Positions 28,684 through 42,640 of a stretch of 64,000 nt of DNA are shown here, one piece after another. This DNA is from Octopus sinensis. Taxonomy: Eukaryota. The position numbers and the translations under genes are program-made. Every line of letters starts with the position of its first letter. The stretch's first letter is position 1. Where the stretch lies: the NCBI RefSeq assembly GCF_006345805.1, contig NC_043002.1:77438001-77502000 (forward strand), in the 5' to 3' direction. The notes under the pieces were generated by a model. It did not search any database. It saw only the letters and a program-made list of their open reading frames with translations, and was not told where the DNA came from.

Positions 28684-31600
28684 GCGACCTGCTGCTTCTT
28701 AAACCATTCTGTTGGCCTTCGTATCTCGACCAACATGTGTCCCCGCTACCGAAACGGTAATTATTTCTACGCCAGCTATGTTGTTGTTGTGTTTTTGTCT
28801 CATTTGGTCTAAAGTCGTATGACAACCATCGTTATATATGTTTTGTTTATTCATTACTGTTTTCAATTTCGTTTTCGTCTCTTGTATTCACATCCGTCTT
28901 GTGCGTTCACATTCCTGTCTTCTACCAAGAAATCTAATGCTTACAGCTTAGTTTTTTTCTTGGGGCTGGCCGAGTTGGAGCAAATATCAGAATTGAACAG
29001 CCGAAATTTGCTATGATGATTCGGTGTCTGACTGAAGATTGAAGGCTTCGAATGATTTGTCTGTGTTCCGTGTTCGTCCCTTCCTGTATTTCACGTTCAT
29101 TATATATAAAAACATTCATTCTTATATTATTGCGGCGTTACGTGCACCCCCCCGTTTGTTTGTCCAATTTTAAACCCTGCACGACTTCTATACACACTGT
29201 CTTTTACTACCCGCCATTGCTTCTTCACCAAACTTTTTGGCGCCCTCCGATTCTTCCCCTCTCTTCCTCCCCTCTTCCTCCCATCCTCCTTAATCCCTTC
29301 TTTCTCCTTTTCTCTTGGTCACTGATTCTGTCCCCTGCCTTCCAGCCTCTTTGATTCCCTCTCTCTCTGTCTCTCTTTTTCTCTCTCTCCTGCGACCTGC
29401 TGCTTCTTAAACCATTCTGTTGGCCTTCGTATCTCGACCAACATGTGTCCCCGCTACCGAAACGGTAATTATTTCTACGCCAGCTATGTTGTTGTTGTGT
29501 TTTTGTCTCATTTGGTCTAAAGTCGTATGACAACCATCGTTATATATGTTTTGTTTATTCATTACTGTTTTCAATTTCGTTTTCGTCTCTTGTATTCACA
29601 TCCGTCTTGTGCGTTCACATTCCTGTCTTCTACCAAGAATCTAATGCTTACAGCTTAGTTTTTTTCTTGGGGCTGGCCGAGTTGGAGCAAATATCAGAAT
29701 TGAACAGCCGAAATTTGCTATGATGATTCGGTGTCTGACTGAAGATTGAAGGCTTCGAATGATTTGTCTGTGTTCCGTGTTCGTCCCTTCCTGTATTTCA
29801 CGTTCATTATATATAAAAACATTCATTCTTATATTATTGCGGCGTTACGTGCACCCCCCCGTTTGTTTGTCCAATTTTAAACCCTGCACGACTTCTATAC
29901 ACACTGTCTTTTACTACCCGCCATTGCTTCTTCACCAAACTTTTTGGCGCCCTCCGATTCTTCCCCTCTCTTCCTCCCCTCTTCCTCCCATCCTCCTTAA
30001 TCCCTTCTTTCTCCTTTTCTCTTGGTCACTGATTCTGTCCCCTGCCTTCCAGCCTCTTTGATTCCCTCTCTCTCTGTCTCTCTTTTTCTCTCTCTCCTGC
30101 GACCTGCTGCTTCTTAAACCATTCTGTTGGCCTTCGTATCTCGACCAACATGTGTCCCCGCTACCGAAACGGTAATTATTTCTACGCCAGCTATGTTGTT
30201 GTTGTGTTTTTGTCTCATTTGGTCTAAAGTCGTATGACAACCATCGTTATATATGTTTTGTTTATTCATTACTGTTTTCAATTTCGTTTTCGTCTCTTGT
30301 ATTCACATCCGTCTTGTGCGTTCACATTCCTGTCTTCTACCAAGAAATCTAATGCTTACAGCTTAGTTTTTTTCTTGGGGCTGGCCGAGTTGGAGCAAAT
30401 ATCAGAATTGAACAGCCGAAATTTGCTATGATGATTCGGTGTCTGACTGAAGATTGAAGGCTTCGAATGATTTGTCTGTGTTCCGTGTTCGTCCCTTCCT
30501 GTATTTCACGTTCATTATATATAAAAACATTCATTCTTATATTATTGCGGCGTTACGTGCACCCCCCCGTTTGTTTGTCCAATTTTAAACCCTGCACGAC
30601 TTCTATACACACTGTCTTTTACTACCCGCCATTGCTTCTTCACCAAACTTTTTGGCGCCCTCCGATTCTTCCCCTCTCTTCCTCCCCTCTTCCTCCCATC
30701 CTCCTTAATCCCTTCTTTCTCCTTTTCTCTTGGTCACTGATTCTGTCCCCTGCCTTCCAGCCTCTTTGATTCCCTCTCTCTCTGTCTCTCTTTTTCTCTC
30801 TCTCCTGCGACCTGCTGCTTCTTAAACCATTCTGTTGGCCTTCGTATCTCGACCAACATGTGTCCCCGCTACCGAAACGGTAATTATTTCTACGCCAGCT
30901 ATGTTGTTGTTGTGTTTTTGTCTCATTTGGTCTAAAGTCGTATGACAACCATCGTTATATATGTTTTGTTTATTCATTACTGTTTTCAATTTCGTTTTCG
31001 TCTCTTGTATTCACATCCGTCTTGTGCGTTCACATTCCTGTCTTCTACCAAGAAATCTAATGCTTACAGCTTAGTTTTTTTCTTGGGGCTGGCCGAGTTG
31101 GAGCAAATATCAGAATTGAACAGCCGAAATTTGCTATGATGATTCGGTGTCTGACTGAAGATTGAAGGCTTCGAATGATTTGTCTGTGTTCCGTGTTCGT
31201 CCCTTCCTGTATTTCACGTTCATTATATATAAAAACATTCATTCTTATATTATTGCGGCGTTACGTGCACCCCCCCGTTTGTTTGTCCAATTTTAAACCC
31301 TGCACGACTTCTATACACACTGTCTTTTACTACCCGCCATTGCTTCTTCACCAAACTTTTTGGCGCCCTCCGATTCTTCCCCTCTCTTCCTCCCCTCTTC
31401 CTCCCCTCTTCCTCCCATCCTCCTTAATCCCTTCTTTCTCCTTTTCTCTTGGTCACTGATTCTGTCCCCTGCCTTCCAGCCTCTTTGATTCCCTCTCTCT
31501 CTGTCTCTCTTTTTCTCTCTCTCTCCTGCGACCTGCTGCTTCTTAAACCATTCTGTTGGCCTTCGTATCTCGACCAACATGTGTCCCCGCTACCGAAACG

Positions 31601-33404
31601 GTAATTATTTCTACGCCAGCTATGTTGTTGTTGTGTTTTTGTCTCATTTGGTCTAAAGTCGTATGACAACCATCGTTATATATGTTTTGTTTATTCATTA
31701 CTGTTTTCAATTTCGTTTTCGTCTCTTGTATTCACATCCGTCTTGTGCGTTCACATTCCTGTCTTCTACCAAGAAATCTAATGCTTACAGCTTAGTTTTT
31801 TTCTTGGGGCTGGCCGAGTTGGAGCAAATATCAGAATTGAACAGCCGAAATTTGCTATGATGATTCGGTGTCTGACTGAAGATTGAAGGCTTCGAATGAT
31901 TTGTCTGTGTTCCGTGTTCGTCCCTTCCTGTATTTCACGTTCATTATATATAAAAACATTCATTCTTATATTATTGCGGCGTTACGTGCACCCCCCCGTT
32001 TGTTTGTCCAATTTTAAACCCTGCACGACTTCTATACACACTGTCTTTTACTACCCGCCATTGCTTCTTCACCAAACTTTTTGGCGCCCTCCGATTCTTC
32101 CCCTCTCTTCCTCCCCTCTTCCTCCCATCCTCCTTAATCCCTTCTTTCTCCTTTTCTCTTGGTCACTGATTCTGTCCCCTGCCTTCCAGCCTCTTTGATT
32201 CCCTCTCTCTCTGTCTCTCTTTCTCTCTCTCCTGCGACCTGCTGCTTCTTAAACCATTCTGTTGGCCTTCGTATCTCGACCAACATGTGTCCCCGCTACC
32301 GAAACGGTAATTATTTCTACGCCAGCTATGTTGTTGTTGTGTTTTTGTCTCATTTGGTCTAAAGTCGTATGACAACCATCGTTATATATGTTTTGTTTAT
32401 TCATTACTGTTTTCAATTTCGTTTTCGTCTCTTGTATTCACATCCGTCTTGTGCGTTCACATTCCTGTCTTCTACCAAGAAATCTAATGCTTACAGCTTA
32501 GTTTTTTCTTGGGGCTGGCCGAGTTGGAGCAAATATCAGAATTGAACAGCCGAAATTTGCTATGATGATTCGGTGTCTGACTGAAGATTGAAGGCTTCGA
32601 ATGATTTGTCTGTGTTCCGTGTTCGTCCCTTCCTGTATTTCACGTTCATTATATATAAAAACATTCATTCTTATATTATTGCGGCGTTACGTGCACCCCC
32701 CCGTTTGTTTGTCCAATTTTAAACCCTGCACGACTTCTATACACACTGTCTTTTACTACCCGCCATTGCTTCTTCACCAAACTTTTTGGCGCCCTCCGAT
32801 TCTTCCCCTCTCTTCCTCCCCTCTTCCTCCCCTCTTCCTCCCATCCTCCTTAATCCCTTCTTTCTCCTTTTCTCTTGGTCACTGATTCTGTCCCCTGCCT
32901 TCCAGCCTCTTTGATTCCCTCTCTCTCTGTCTCTCTTTTTCTCTCTCTCCTGCGACCTGCTGCTTCTTAAACCATTCTGTTGGCCTTCGTATCTCGACCA
33001 ACATGTGTCCCCGCTACCGAAACGGTAATTATTTCTACGCCAGCTATGTTGTTGTTGTGTTTTTGTCTCATTTGGTCTAAAGTCGTATGACAACCATCGT
33101 TATATATGTTTTGTTTATTCATTACTGTTTTCAATTTCGTTTTCGTCTCTTGTATTCACATCCGTCTTGTGCGTTCACATTCCTGTCTTCTACCAAGAAA
33201 TCTAATGCTTACAGCTTAGTTTTTTTCTTGGGGCTGGCCGAGTTGGAGCAAATATCAGAATTGAACAGCCGAAATTTGCTATGATGATTCGGTGTCTGAC
33301 TGAAGATTGAAGGCTTCGAATGATTTGTCTGTGTTCCGTGTTCGTCCCTTCCTGTATTTCACGTTCATTATATATAAAAACATTCATTCTTATATATATA
33401 TATA

Positions 33405-33655
33405 TATTGTTATATTTTGGAATGGTCATTTTGCCAGTTTAGCCAATAAAAACACACGCACTATATATTTGGTGTTATTTTGCTTCAGTGTTATTTATTT
33501 TTTACATTAATCTTAATCTTATTTCGGCCAGAGTTCTGTTTTTTACATTAATCTTAATCTTATAAATAACACTGAAGCAAAATAACACCAAATATATAGT
33601 GCATGTGTTTTTATTGGCTAAACTGGCAAAATGACCATTCCGAAATATAACAATA
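33405..33655. repeat. Palindromic tail after array unit 10
   Basis: Same arms as 27083-27291 with a longer, internally duplicated spacer. Confidence 0.9.
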
Positions 33656-33699
33656 TCTGTTTCAACACACGACTTCACATAAAAAATCTTGCACAACAA

Positions 33700-33740
<41 letters not shown>

Positions 33741-33741
<1 letters not shown>

Positions 33742-34121
33742 TAGCAGTATAGCCCGGCGTTGCTCGGTTTTGTTTCGACCCTTTAGAATTGGAATTTATG
33801 AAAAGTAAAAATTTTGCATTATGTAGCTTGTTATTCTCTTTTTTCTGGTTGAAATACACCAAAAAATGGCGACACAGCAGTAAAAAAATCATAAAAAGTA
33901 GGGATTTTCATAGAAAAAAAGCACCTTTTTGATGTAAATAATTTTGGGTGTTAACATGGTCCGATTTGAATTTCATCTTCTACGGAATGAAGAGCAAGCC
34001 TTCTTCTATCATACTCTCAATTTTGGTCAACTTGTGTTGCAGGGTCTCGGAGGAGATAGTGTTAGCTGAAGGCTACCAAATCTGCCATACACAGACAACT
34101 TCAGCTTTATATATAGAGAGA
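33741..34121 (-). mobile_element. Short non-autonomous Helitron
   Basis: Minus strand: A|TC start at 34121, GC-rich hairpin then CTAG|T at 33741; 3' terminus shared with the 60117 and 62070 elements. Confidence 0.75.
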
Positions 34122-34290
34122 TAAATAGTTATCACCAAGCTAATATGGAAGTCCACAAACATAGGTTGAAAGCTGCCGTTGATTAGCTCCAAGAGGCCAT
34201 CACTCTAGCTAGCTATATAACGCACGAACCTGTGTCCATTATAACCTTTGAACAGGCGAGGCCAGCTGCTTCCCCTTGCTGGTCAGGCAT

Positions 34291-34331
34291 CTGCAGACAT
34301 GTTTCAGGGTATTTGCCCTTTATCAATGCAG
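34291..34331 (-). ncRNA. Minimal hammerhead motif, U3-A8 core variant
   Basis: Minus strand reads CTGCA-TTGATAA-AGGG-caaata-CCCT-GAAA-CAT-GTC-TGCAG: perfect 5-bp stem I, 4-bp stem II, ACATGT palindromic stem III, GUC site. Confidence 0.75.
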
Positions 34332-34406
34332 AGTAGCCAAACCCAGCAGAGTTGACGGAGATATCGTGTTGATGAGGAAGGACTTCCTCCAACCCATTAT
34401 TCTACT

Positions 34407-34447
34407 CTACATTGATAAAGGGCAAATACCCTGAAACATGTCTGCAG
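34407..34447 (+). ncRNA. Minimal hammerhead motif, U3-A8 variant (inverted partner)
   Basis: CTACA-TTGATAA-AGGG-caaata-CCCT-GAAA-CAT-GTC-TGCAG; one stem I mismatch. Confidence 0.7.
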
Positions 34448-34699
34448 ATGTCTGACCAACAAGGGGAAGCAGCTGACCTCCCCTGTTCGAAGGCTATAAT
34501 GGACAGAGGTTCATGTGTCATATAGCTAGCTTGAGGCAATGGCCTCTTGGAGCTAATCAATGGCAGCTTTCATCCTATATTTATGGACTGCCATATTAGC
34601 TTGGCGATAGCTATTAATATCCAGTACCACTGCCATAGTCTCCTTTAGAGAGACTTAGAAATAATAATATTTATATATATATATATAAATGGCATAGCT

Positions 34700-35930
34700 G
34701 CATGGTCAGAAGTTTGGTTCCCAGGGTTCAGTTCTACTGCATGGACCTTGGGCAAGTGTCTTCTACAAAGCCTCAGGTAAGCCAAAGCCTTTGAGAGAGA
34801 TTGATAGAAAGAAACTGAAAGAAGCTCATCATATATATGTGTGTGTTTGCTTGTCCCCATCACCACTTGACAACTGGAGTTGGTGTGTTTACATCTCCAT
34901 AACTTAGCAGTTCGGCAAAAGAGACCAAGGGACCAATAGAATAAATACCAGGCTTTAAAAAATTATAAGTACTGGGGTCAATTCATTCAACTAAAATTGG
35001 TACCCCAGCATGGCCACAGTCAAATGACTGAAACAAGATATAGATATATATATATATTATTCATATATGGAAGACCTGCTGAGTCCAGTGAAATCATTGT
35101 CTTGACCGATGCCAGGGCAGCCTGACTGGCACTCATGCCAATGGCATGTAAAAAGCACTATTTGAACATGGTCAATGCCAGAGCCACTTGACTGGCACCA
35201 CTACTGGTGGCATGTAAAGAACACCCACTACACTTTCAGAGTGGTTGGCATTAGGAAGGAATTCCAGTTGCAGAAACCTTGCCAGATCAGATTCGAGCCT
35301 GGTGCTGTCTCCTGGCTTCCCAGTCCTCAATCAAACCATCCAACTCATACCAGCATGGAAAGCAAATGTCAAATGATGATGATGTGTGTGTGCATGTATC
35401 AGGGGTGTATATTCCAGGTGTGCTAAGTGTGCACTGCACACTCATCAAAAATGGTAAATTCATTATAAATATTAACCTTACTCATTAATTTAATCAGAAA
35501 TCTTAATGGAAAACTTTTGTTATACTCACCACTTGAAATTTTATGCACACCCAATACAACAACCATCATAAGCCACTGGTGTGTGTGTGTGTGTGTGTGT
35601 GTGCAGACATGAATGTGTAGTTAAGAAGCTTGTCTTGAAACCATATAATTTCAGGTGCCTTCTACTCTATCTCAGGCCAACCAATGCTTTGTGAGTAAAT
35701 TTGGTAAATGGAAACTGTATGGAAGCCTGTCATATATATACATATATGATAAGTTATACAGACATAAACAAATCAACCAGTGTTGATTAGTTTATGTCTC
35801 TGTAACTTAGCAATGTGGTAAAAGAGATCAATAGAATAAATACCAAATATCAAAAAAAATAATAATACTGGGTTCAATTTGTTTGATTAAATCCTTCAAA
35901 AGGGGCCCAAGCATTACTGAAACAAGTAAA
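34700..35930 (+). mobile_element. Cluster: SINE A (34700-35040), RTE-tail repeat (35075-35380), SINE A (35600-35930)
   Basis: Matches the other copies in the window. Confidence 0.7.
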
Positions 35931-35941
35931 ACATAAAAGAT

Positions 35942-35983
<42 letters not shown>

Positions 35984-38176
35984 GGCGGTGCCCCAGCATG
36001 GCCACAGCTTGTGAGCTGAAACTAGATGAAATAAAATTTAAAAAATAAAAATATATATACACAAACACACACACATACACATATGCGCACATATACATAC
36101 ATGCATGCACATAAGCACCCACATGTGCATGTGTGCACGTGCATGCATGCATGTATGTGTGTATGCATATCTTTCATTGATGTATATCGAAGAATACAAA
36201 CATCAGCAAGGAACGAAGATACGGGTGATACTCCCTTGTCACTTGCACAGTCAACGGCAACAAAATCGTTGAATCAGTGATTGGTTCATTGGAAATGTGT
36301 AAACCAAAAACACCATTGTTACACAAAGAAGGACGTTGAATGTATAAATCTGCTAATAATGGCCCCGTATGATAAATATTTAACCAATTTCAATGACAGA
36401 AACACACAAAAACAGCTTTTGTATGACAAGGTAATATCAATGACAATGAAATCTATGTTTCATTTCTGATTGAGTCATATTTTTGTCTTTGATATCATTG
36501 ATGAATAGGTTCTACAACTTAAGTAGATGTACCATGACAAGGAAACACAGTCTAAAATTAATAATTGTTTGTATTTGTTTTGTTTTTTGGTTATTTTTTT
36601 CGGGTGGGTGGATGGTGCAAAAATGTAATCATTACAGAGAGCATTTTCTCGTAAATTTATTCTTGTCCTGATAATGAGATTATTAAATATTGAATTCAAA
36701 CTTTGGCACAAGGCCAGCAATTTCAGAGGAAGAGGAAAAGTTGATTGCATTGATCCCCAGTACTCATCTGGTATCTATTTTATTGACACAGAAAGGATGA
36801 AAGGCAAAGTTGAACTTGGTGGAATTTGAACTCAGAACATGAAGACAGATGAAATGCTACAAAGCATTTCGCCCAGCATCAATAATATTAATATGCCAAT
36901 TTGTACATACCTATCGTGTGTGTCACACTTCAAAGTAAGTGGCAAAACGAGAGAGAGGAGGACAGAGAGGAAGACAGAGAGTGAGAAAGAGAGTGAGAGA
37001 GAGAGTGAGAGAGAAAGAGAGAGAGTGCAAGAGACAGTGAGTGATGACAGTATTCATTTTGTGTTTTTAAATGTTTCAGAGAGGAAGAGAGAAAGAGAGA
37101 GAGGGTGAGAGAGAAAGAGACAGTGAGTGGTGATGGCGTTCGTTTCGTGTTTTTAAATGTTTATCACATCACAAGAAAAGTAAATACATATACACATTGT
37201 TAAATTAAAAGCAGGAGAGAGGAAAGAGAAAGTGAGAGAGACAGTAAGTACATAGATTCAAAGAAAAGTTGATACATCTACACAGCAAATAATTGAATGT
37301 CACTTTCACTTTTCATTAACACACCAGGATAAAATTAACTCGCAAGTGGCTGAGTACTCCAAAGACATGCATATCATTAACGTAGTTCTCGGGAAGAATC
37401 AGCCCCACACAAAATATGACAAGGCTGGCCCCTTTGAATTACCGCTACAATACATTATGGCCAGCTTGAGTGAACTGGAGCAAGATAAACCTTCAAGTGG
37501 TTGGAAGAAAATGATCCTATGCAGGGGCAGGAAAATCTTTTTAGTCATTAGGGTCACTATGGGTGTTAATCCGGTCGTAACATTTGTGGGTCTCACAGAT
37601 CTGGAGGCCAAGTCCCCAAATAAACACCGATATGCAGGCTGTTGCTATAGAAACGAGCATGAGTTGAGGGCAAATACACGACAGAATAGCAATTATTTCG
37701 TCTTAGCTTACACTGCTTGTACTAAACACATGACATTTTTGCCTTATGATATGGAACACTTCCTTTTCTTTCACTCTTTTTAAAAACTGGCATTCTGTCA
37801 GTTATGACAATGAGGTTTCTGTTTATCTGATCAACGAACAGTCTGCTCATAAAATTAACGTGCAAGTGGCTGAGTCCTGCATAGACATGTATACCATAAA
37901 GTAGTTCTTAGGGAGAGTCAACCTCACACAGAATGTGACAAGGTGGCAAGCTGGAAGAAACGTTAGCACGCCAGGTGAAATGCTTTGTGGTATTTTGTCC
38001 GCTGGTGCATTCTGAGTTCAAATTCCGCCAAGGTCGACTTTGCTTTTCATCCTTTTGGGGGTCAATAAATTAAGTACCAGTTATGCACTGGGGTCAATGT
38101 AATCAACTTAATCTGTTTGTCTGTCCCTGCTATGTTTATGAATGAATTTGGTAGACAGAAACTGAAGAAGCCAGTC

Positions 38177-38207
<31 letters not shown>

Positions 38208-38432
38208 ATAAAATATTAGGGAATAAATCCAAACTTACAGGGAAAAATCAGATTTAGGATTAAATCCAATTTTATAGTATAAATATATTATATTATATTA
38301 TATTAAATTAGAGATAAAACCACTATTAGGCAAATCAAACAATGAAAAACATAAGCCAATACATAAAATTAATTAATTTATATTATCTAAATATATATCA
38401 AAAGTATTAAAAGTTTAATAAAAGATAAAGAG

Positions 38433-38510
38433 TATAACACTACGATCGTTTCATGGCTGTACAATTCGTAATAATTCGAGTTATGGTTACAGTCAATCTT
38501 CAGGTTAATT
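38433..38510 (-). ncRNA. Type-I hammerhead motif, left arm of 1.1-kb palindrome
   Basis: Exact reverse complement of the 39189-39266 motif (TCTTCAG at 38497-38503). Confidence 0.7.
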
Positions 38511-39188
38511 GAAATATCTAAAATATAATCAGAAATATTTAAACAATATTTTTAAGATATAAATAATATAATAATTTTACTTATAATAAACTCTATTATC
38601 AAACTAGAAACATAAAACTTAACAATTATGATTATATCAAAATCGACTATAATGTTAACTATTAATTTTAATTTATAAGGTAGGAAACCCACCAATAATC
38701 TAATATCGGTATTAATCTATATCTAATTACATAAATATTTAAAAATGACTATTATATATAAATTATTAATGAAAATATATAAATGTATATAAATATTATA
38801 ATTAAGATCTAAAATAATCTCTATAAATAAATATATATGCACATATATGTGCATATATATTTATTTATAGAGATTATTTTAGATTATTTTAGATCTTAAT
38901 TATAATATTTATATACATTTATATATTTTCATTGATAATTTATATATAATAGTCATTTTTAAATATTTATGTAATTAGATATAGATTAATACCGATATTA
39001 GATTATTGGTGGGTTTCCATCTTATAAATTAAAATTAATATTTAACATTATAGTCGATTTTGATATAATCATAATTGTTAAGTTTTATGTTTCTAGTTTG
39101 ATAAAAGAGTTTATTATAAGTAAAATTATTATATTTTTATATCTTAAAAATATTGTTTAAATATTTCTGATTATATTTTAGATATTTC

Positions 39189-39266
39189 AATTAACCTGAA
39201 GATTGACTGTAACCATAACTCGAATTATTACGAATTGTACAGCCATGAAACGATCGTAGTGTTATA
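39189..39266 (+). ncRNA. Type-I hammerhead motif, right arm of 1.1-kb palindrome
   Basis: CTGAAGA (39196) - tTGACTGTA...TACAGCCAt - GAAA (39247) - CGATC - GTA; palindromic ACGATCGT stem III; stem I short. Confidence 0.7.
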
Positions 39267-39954
39267 CTCTTTATCTTTTATTAAACTTTTAATACTTTTG
39301 ATATATATTTAAATAATATAAATTAATTAATTTTATGTATTGGCTTATGTTTTTCATTGTTTGATTTGCCTAATAGTGGTTTTATCTCTAATTTAATATA
39401 ATATATATACATATATATATAATATTTTTATGTGTGTGTTTGTGTCTGTCCCGCCACTTACCATTGTTTGACAACTGATGTTGGTGTGTTTGTGTCCCCA
39501 TAACTTAGCTGTTCAGCAGAAGAAAATGATAGAATAAGCACCAGGATTACAGGGAATAACTCCAGGGGTTGATTTCTTGACTAAAAGGTGGTGCTTCAGC
39601 ATGGTCACCGTCAAATGACTGAAACAAGTAAAAGAATACCAGAAGAACATTCCATACCACTAAACCAAGAAGGTTCCTTGAACATGTATGATGTATTTTA
39701 AGACTAAGTAGTAATTCTGTTTACGTTTGCGTAACTGAGATATCTTGGTTGGGTTATATAGTTATCAGTTTTACACATCTTTCTTTATTCAGTAACTGTC
39801 AAAATATAGAAACGTTTCTCATGGCACCAGCACACAATTTACAAATGCTTACATTTTTTTATATTTTCCATGAATTTTTCCTGGGTCCAGCTAGTATTAA
39901 TGATTCTGCTAACTTGCCACCTCAGTGGGGTGGGGGCAGGGATTATTGAATACT

Positions 39955-40385
39955 GATTTCAAACTTTGGCACAAGGGGGATAAGTTGATTACATCGACCT
40001 CAGTGTTCAGCTGGCACTTATTTTACCTATTTCTTTACTACCCACAAGGGGCTAAACACAGAGAGGACAAACAAGGACAAACAGATTAAGTCGATTATAT
40101 CGACCCCAGTGCGTAACTGGTACTTAATTTATCGACCCCGGAAGGATGAAAGGCAAAGTCGACCTCGGCGGAATTTGAAATCAGAATGTAACATCAGATG
40201 AAATACAGCGACGCATTTCACCCGGCCTGCTAATGATTCTGCCAGCTCGCCGCCTTTTTTTACCAACCCCAAAAGGATGAAAGGCAAAGCTGACCTTGGC
40301 AGAATTTGAACTCAGAACATGGAAACAAACAAAATGCTGCAAAGCATTTCACCTGGCATACTAACAATTCTGCCAAGTCACGGTT
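39955..40385 (-). mobile_element. Stack of about three partial SINE family C copies
   Basis: aaggatgaaaggcaaagtcgacc...gaatttgaa segments repeated. Confidence 0.75.
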
Positions 40386-42199
40386 AGGCAGGATGGAGAT
40401 TATTAAATATTGAAAGTGGTTAAATAACTTAAATAAATTGCACTTAAGATAATCTATAACAAACTTAAGTCCATTTACAACTGCAGGGTGGTTGGTGTAA
40501 GGAAGGGCACATAGTCATAAAACCATGCCAAAACAGGCACAAAAGTCTGGTGCAGTCTTCTGCTCTGACCAGTTCCTGTCAAACCAGCCAACCCATGCCA
40601 GCATGGAAGGTAGATGTTAAACGATGATGATGCTGATGTCTGGCAGCTGTGATTCCTTGAAATATTATATCTACATTACAACAAATTGATAACCTGTTCC
40701 TGTTTAAAGTAAATAAATAAAATGAAAATTGTTTGAAAAATCCCAACAATTTTTATATTTGACTAAATAATATTACTATCCAACTGCTGCTAAATTTTCT
40801 CTATATGTGCTAGTTCACATTCTCTTCCAGTTCCTTTTAATATTTTGTAAAAGTTCTATGGCTTCATTTGGCCTGCATTTTGCTAACTAAATAAATACTC
40901 ACTTTATATTTAGTCATGTTTAGTCTTACACCCATATATATATATATACTCGAAAGATAAATAAACAAACAGAAAGTATAACAAAAATAGAATTTAGCAT
41001 TTACAATAATATACTAAGAAATGGTCACAGAAGAGCAACCATGTAGAATTCCGGAAAAGTAATGCTTATATGCAAAACAAAAACAGAAAGAAAAAAGGTG
41101 TTGAAATATGTAAATGAAATATAAATGAAACAACTGCTTTATGATAGTTCTGATTATTGTATATTTCTAACTAGACCCTTTTTGGTTTGTTTGGGTTTTT
41201 TTAACATTACCTCAGTCTGTTTTATAAGTCTATTTCTAAAGCCAGTAAAGAACATTGAAAAATATCAGTATTCTCACTCAGTGTCAAGGGGTGTGACTAG
41301 AGTGTGTACTACCCAGGGTAGCCCTGGAGTTTGCCTCCAATCCCAGGGTTCCCAAGCCTATACAGGCTTGTACAGCAGACTACAAAAAGCATTGCCCATG
41401 GTAGACAGCTCCCATCTCACTCTCCTTCTTAACTATACTACTGCTCTGTGTAGCAGCCAAATTCCTGCTATCATTAACATGAAGGCCATAAGTACCACTA
41501 CAACAACAACAACTACTACTACTACAACTACTACTACAAACTAAACATATCAGTTTTTGTTTATTTATATTTATGGCTTAGTCAAAAAAGGAATGGCAGC
41601 ACCCAATCCCTTTTACTGCTGAGATTAATAGAGAAAAGGGAGGCAGACACCATGGCCTAGATCAGTAGTTCTCAACCGAAGTCCATATGGCCAACTGATT
41701 TTAACAATTTGTTTTATACAATTCCTAATAATATTTAATTATAAAAATATAATATGATATTCTAAGCAGTGAATGGCTGGGAGGGTCCATCCAAGTAAAA
41801 TAGGAATCAAAGGAGCCCATAGGTCAAAAACGGTTGAGAAACAAAGGCTTAGATTGTCCTCTGACTATAAGTCTGGTTCAAATGCTTACAACAGGGTGGA
41901 CACTTCTAAATGTAATCATAAGCCAAGTGATGATATTAGATCGAGTGGCGGTTAAAGATTACACCCACCCACCCACTGGAAAACATTCTTTGGATTACAT
42001 TTTCTTTTCCTCTAGTAGACATGATAAAGAGTTTTAATTTGTCTGTTTAAGAAATTAACATTAGATAAAAGCTGTCTGATTTGATTATTGGCCTTCAAAT
42101 TTTCACAAAACTTGACCACTTTCTTAACCATCAAAGCATGTTGGTATTATATGGATAAGTTTTTTAAAGAGCTTACCATTGTAAGATATAAACAGCCAT

Positions 42200-42640
42200 T
42201 CTTGCTGTTAGAAATGCCAGTGGCATTAGGAAGAGCATCCTTGGCATTAGGAAAAAGCATTCAGCCATAAGAACCATACTAAAGCTGACATTGGAGCTCA
42301 AAACAGGGCTACAGCCCACCAGATCTTGTTAAACCATCCAACCCATGACAGCATGGGAAACAAATGTTAAATGATGAAGATGATTCTTTTAGTGGATTCC
42401 AATAAAATAATTAGAACTAATTCTAGAAGATAACATCATCGTCATTTAATGTCCATTTACCATACTGGCATGGGTTGGATGGTTTGACAGAAGCTGACTA
42501 GCCAAAGAGCTGCACCAGGCTCCAATAGTCTGTTTTGGAATGGTTTCTACAGATGGATGCCCTTCCTAACACCAACCACTTTACAGAGTGTATTGGGTGC
42601 TTTTTATGTGGCACTGGCATGATTACACTTATAGGTTATA
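42200..42640. mobile_element. Tail-to-tail pair of RTE-3'-end-type repeats (others at 13940-14075, 14428-14540, 40485-40635, 56500-56730)
   Basis: ggcattaggaag..catcc...ccaacccatgccagcatggaa...(TGA)n consensus, matching the 3' UTR of the RTE at 62490. Confidence 0.7.

Larger units (their letters stand above)
34125..34614. mobile_element. Fold-back element with ~210-bp inverted arms and ~65-bp spacer
   Basis: atagttatcaccaagctaatatgg...gcagagtag mirrored by ctactctac...ccatattagcttggcgatagctat. Confidence 0.9.
38291..39405. repeat. Near-perfect ~1.1-kb spacerless palindrome (fold-back, probably Penelope-like-element derived)
   Basis: Arms mirror around GCACATATATGTGC (centre 38845/38846) with few substitutions and one ~10-nt duplication. 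Confidence 0.95.
38130..39637 (+). mobile_element. SINE family A split at its internal (TA)n by the palindromic element
   Basis: ...ttggtagacagaaactgaagaagccagtcatata at 38150-38180 resumes as tgtgtgtttgtgtctgtccc...gactgaaacaagtaaaaga at 39430-39637. Confidence 0.75.
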
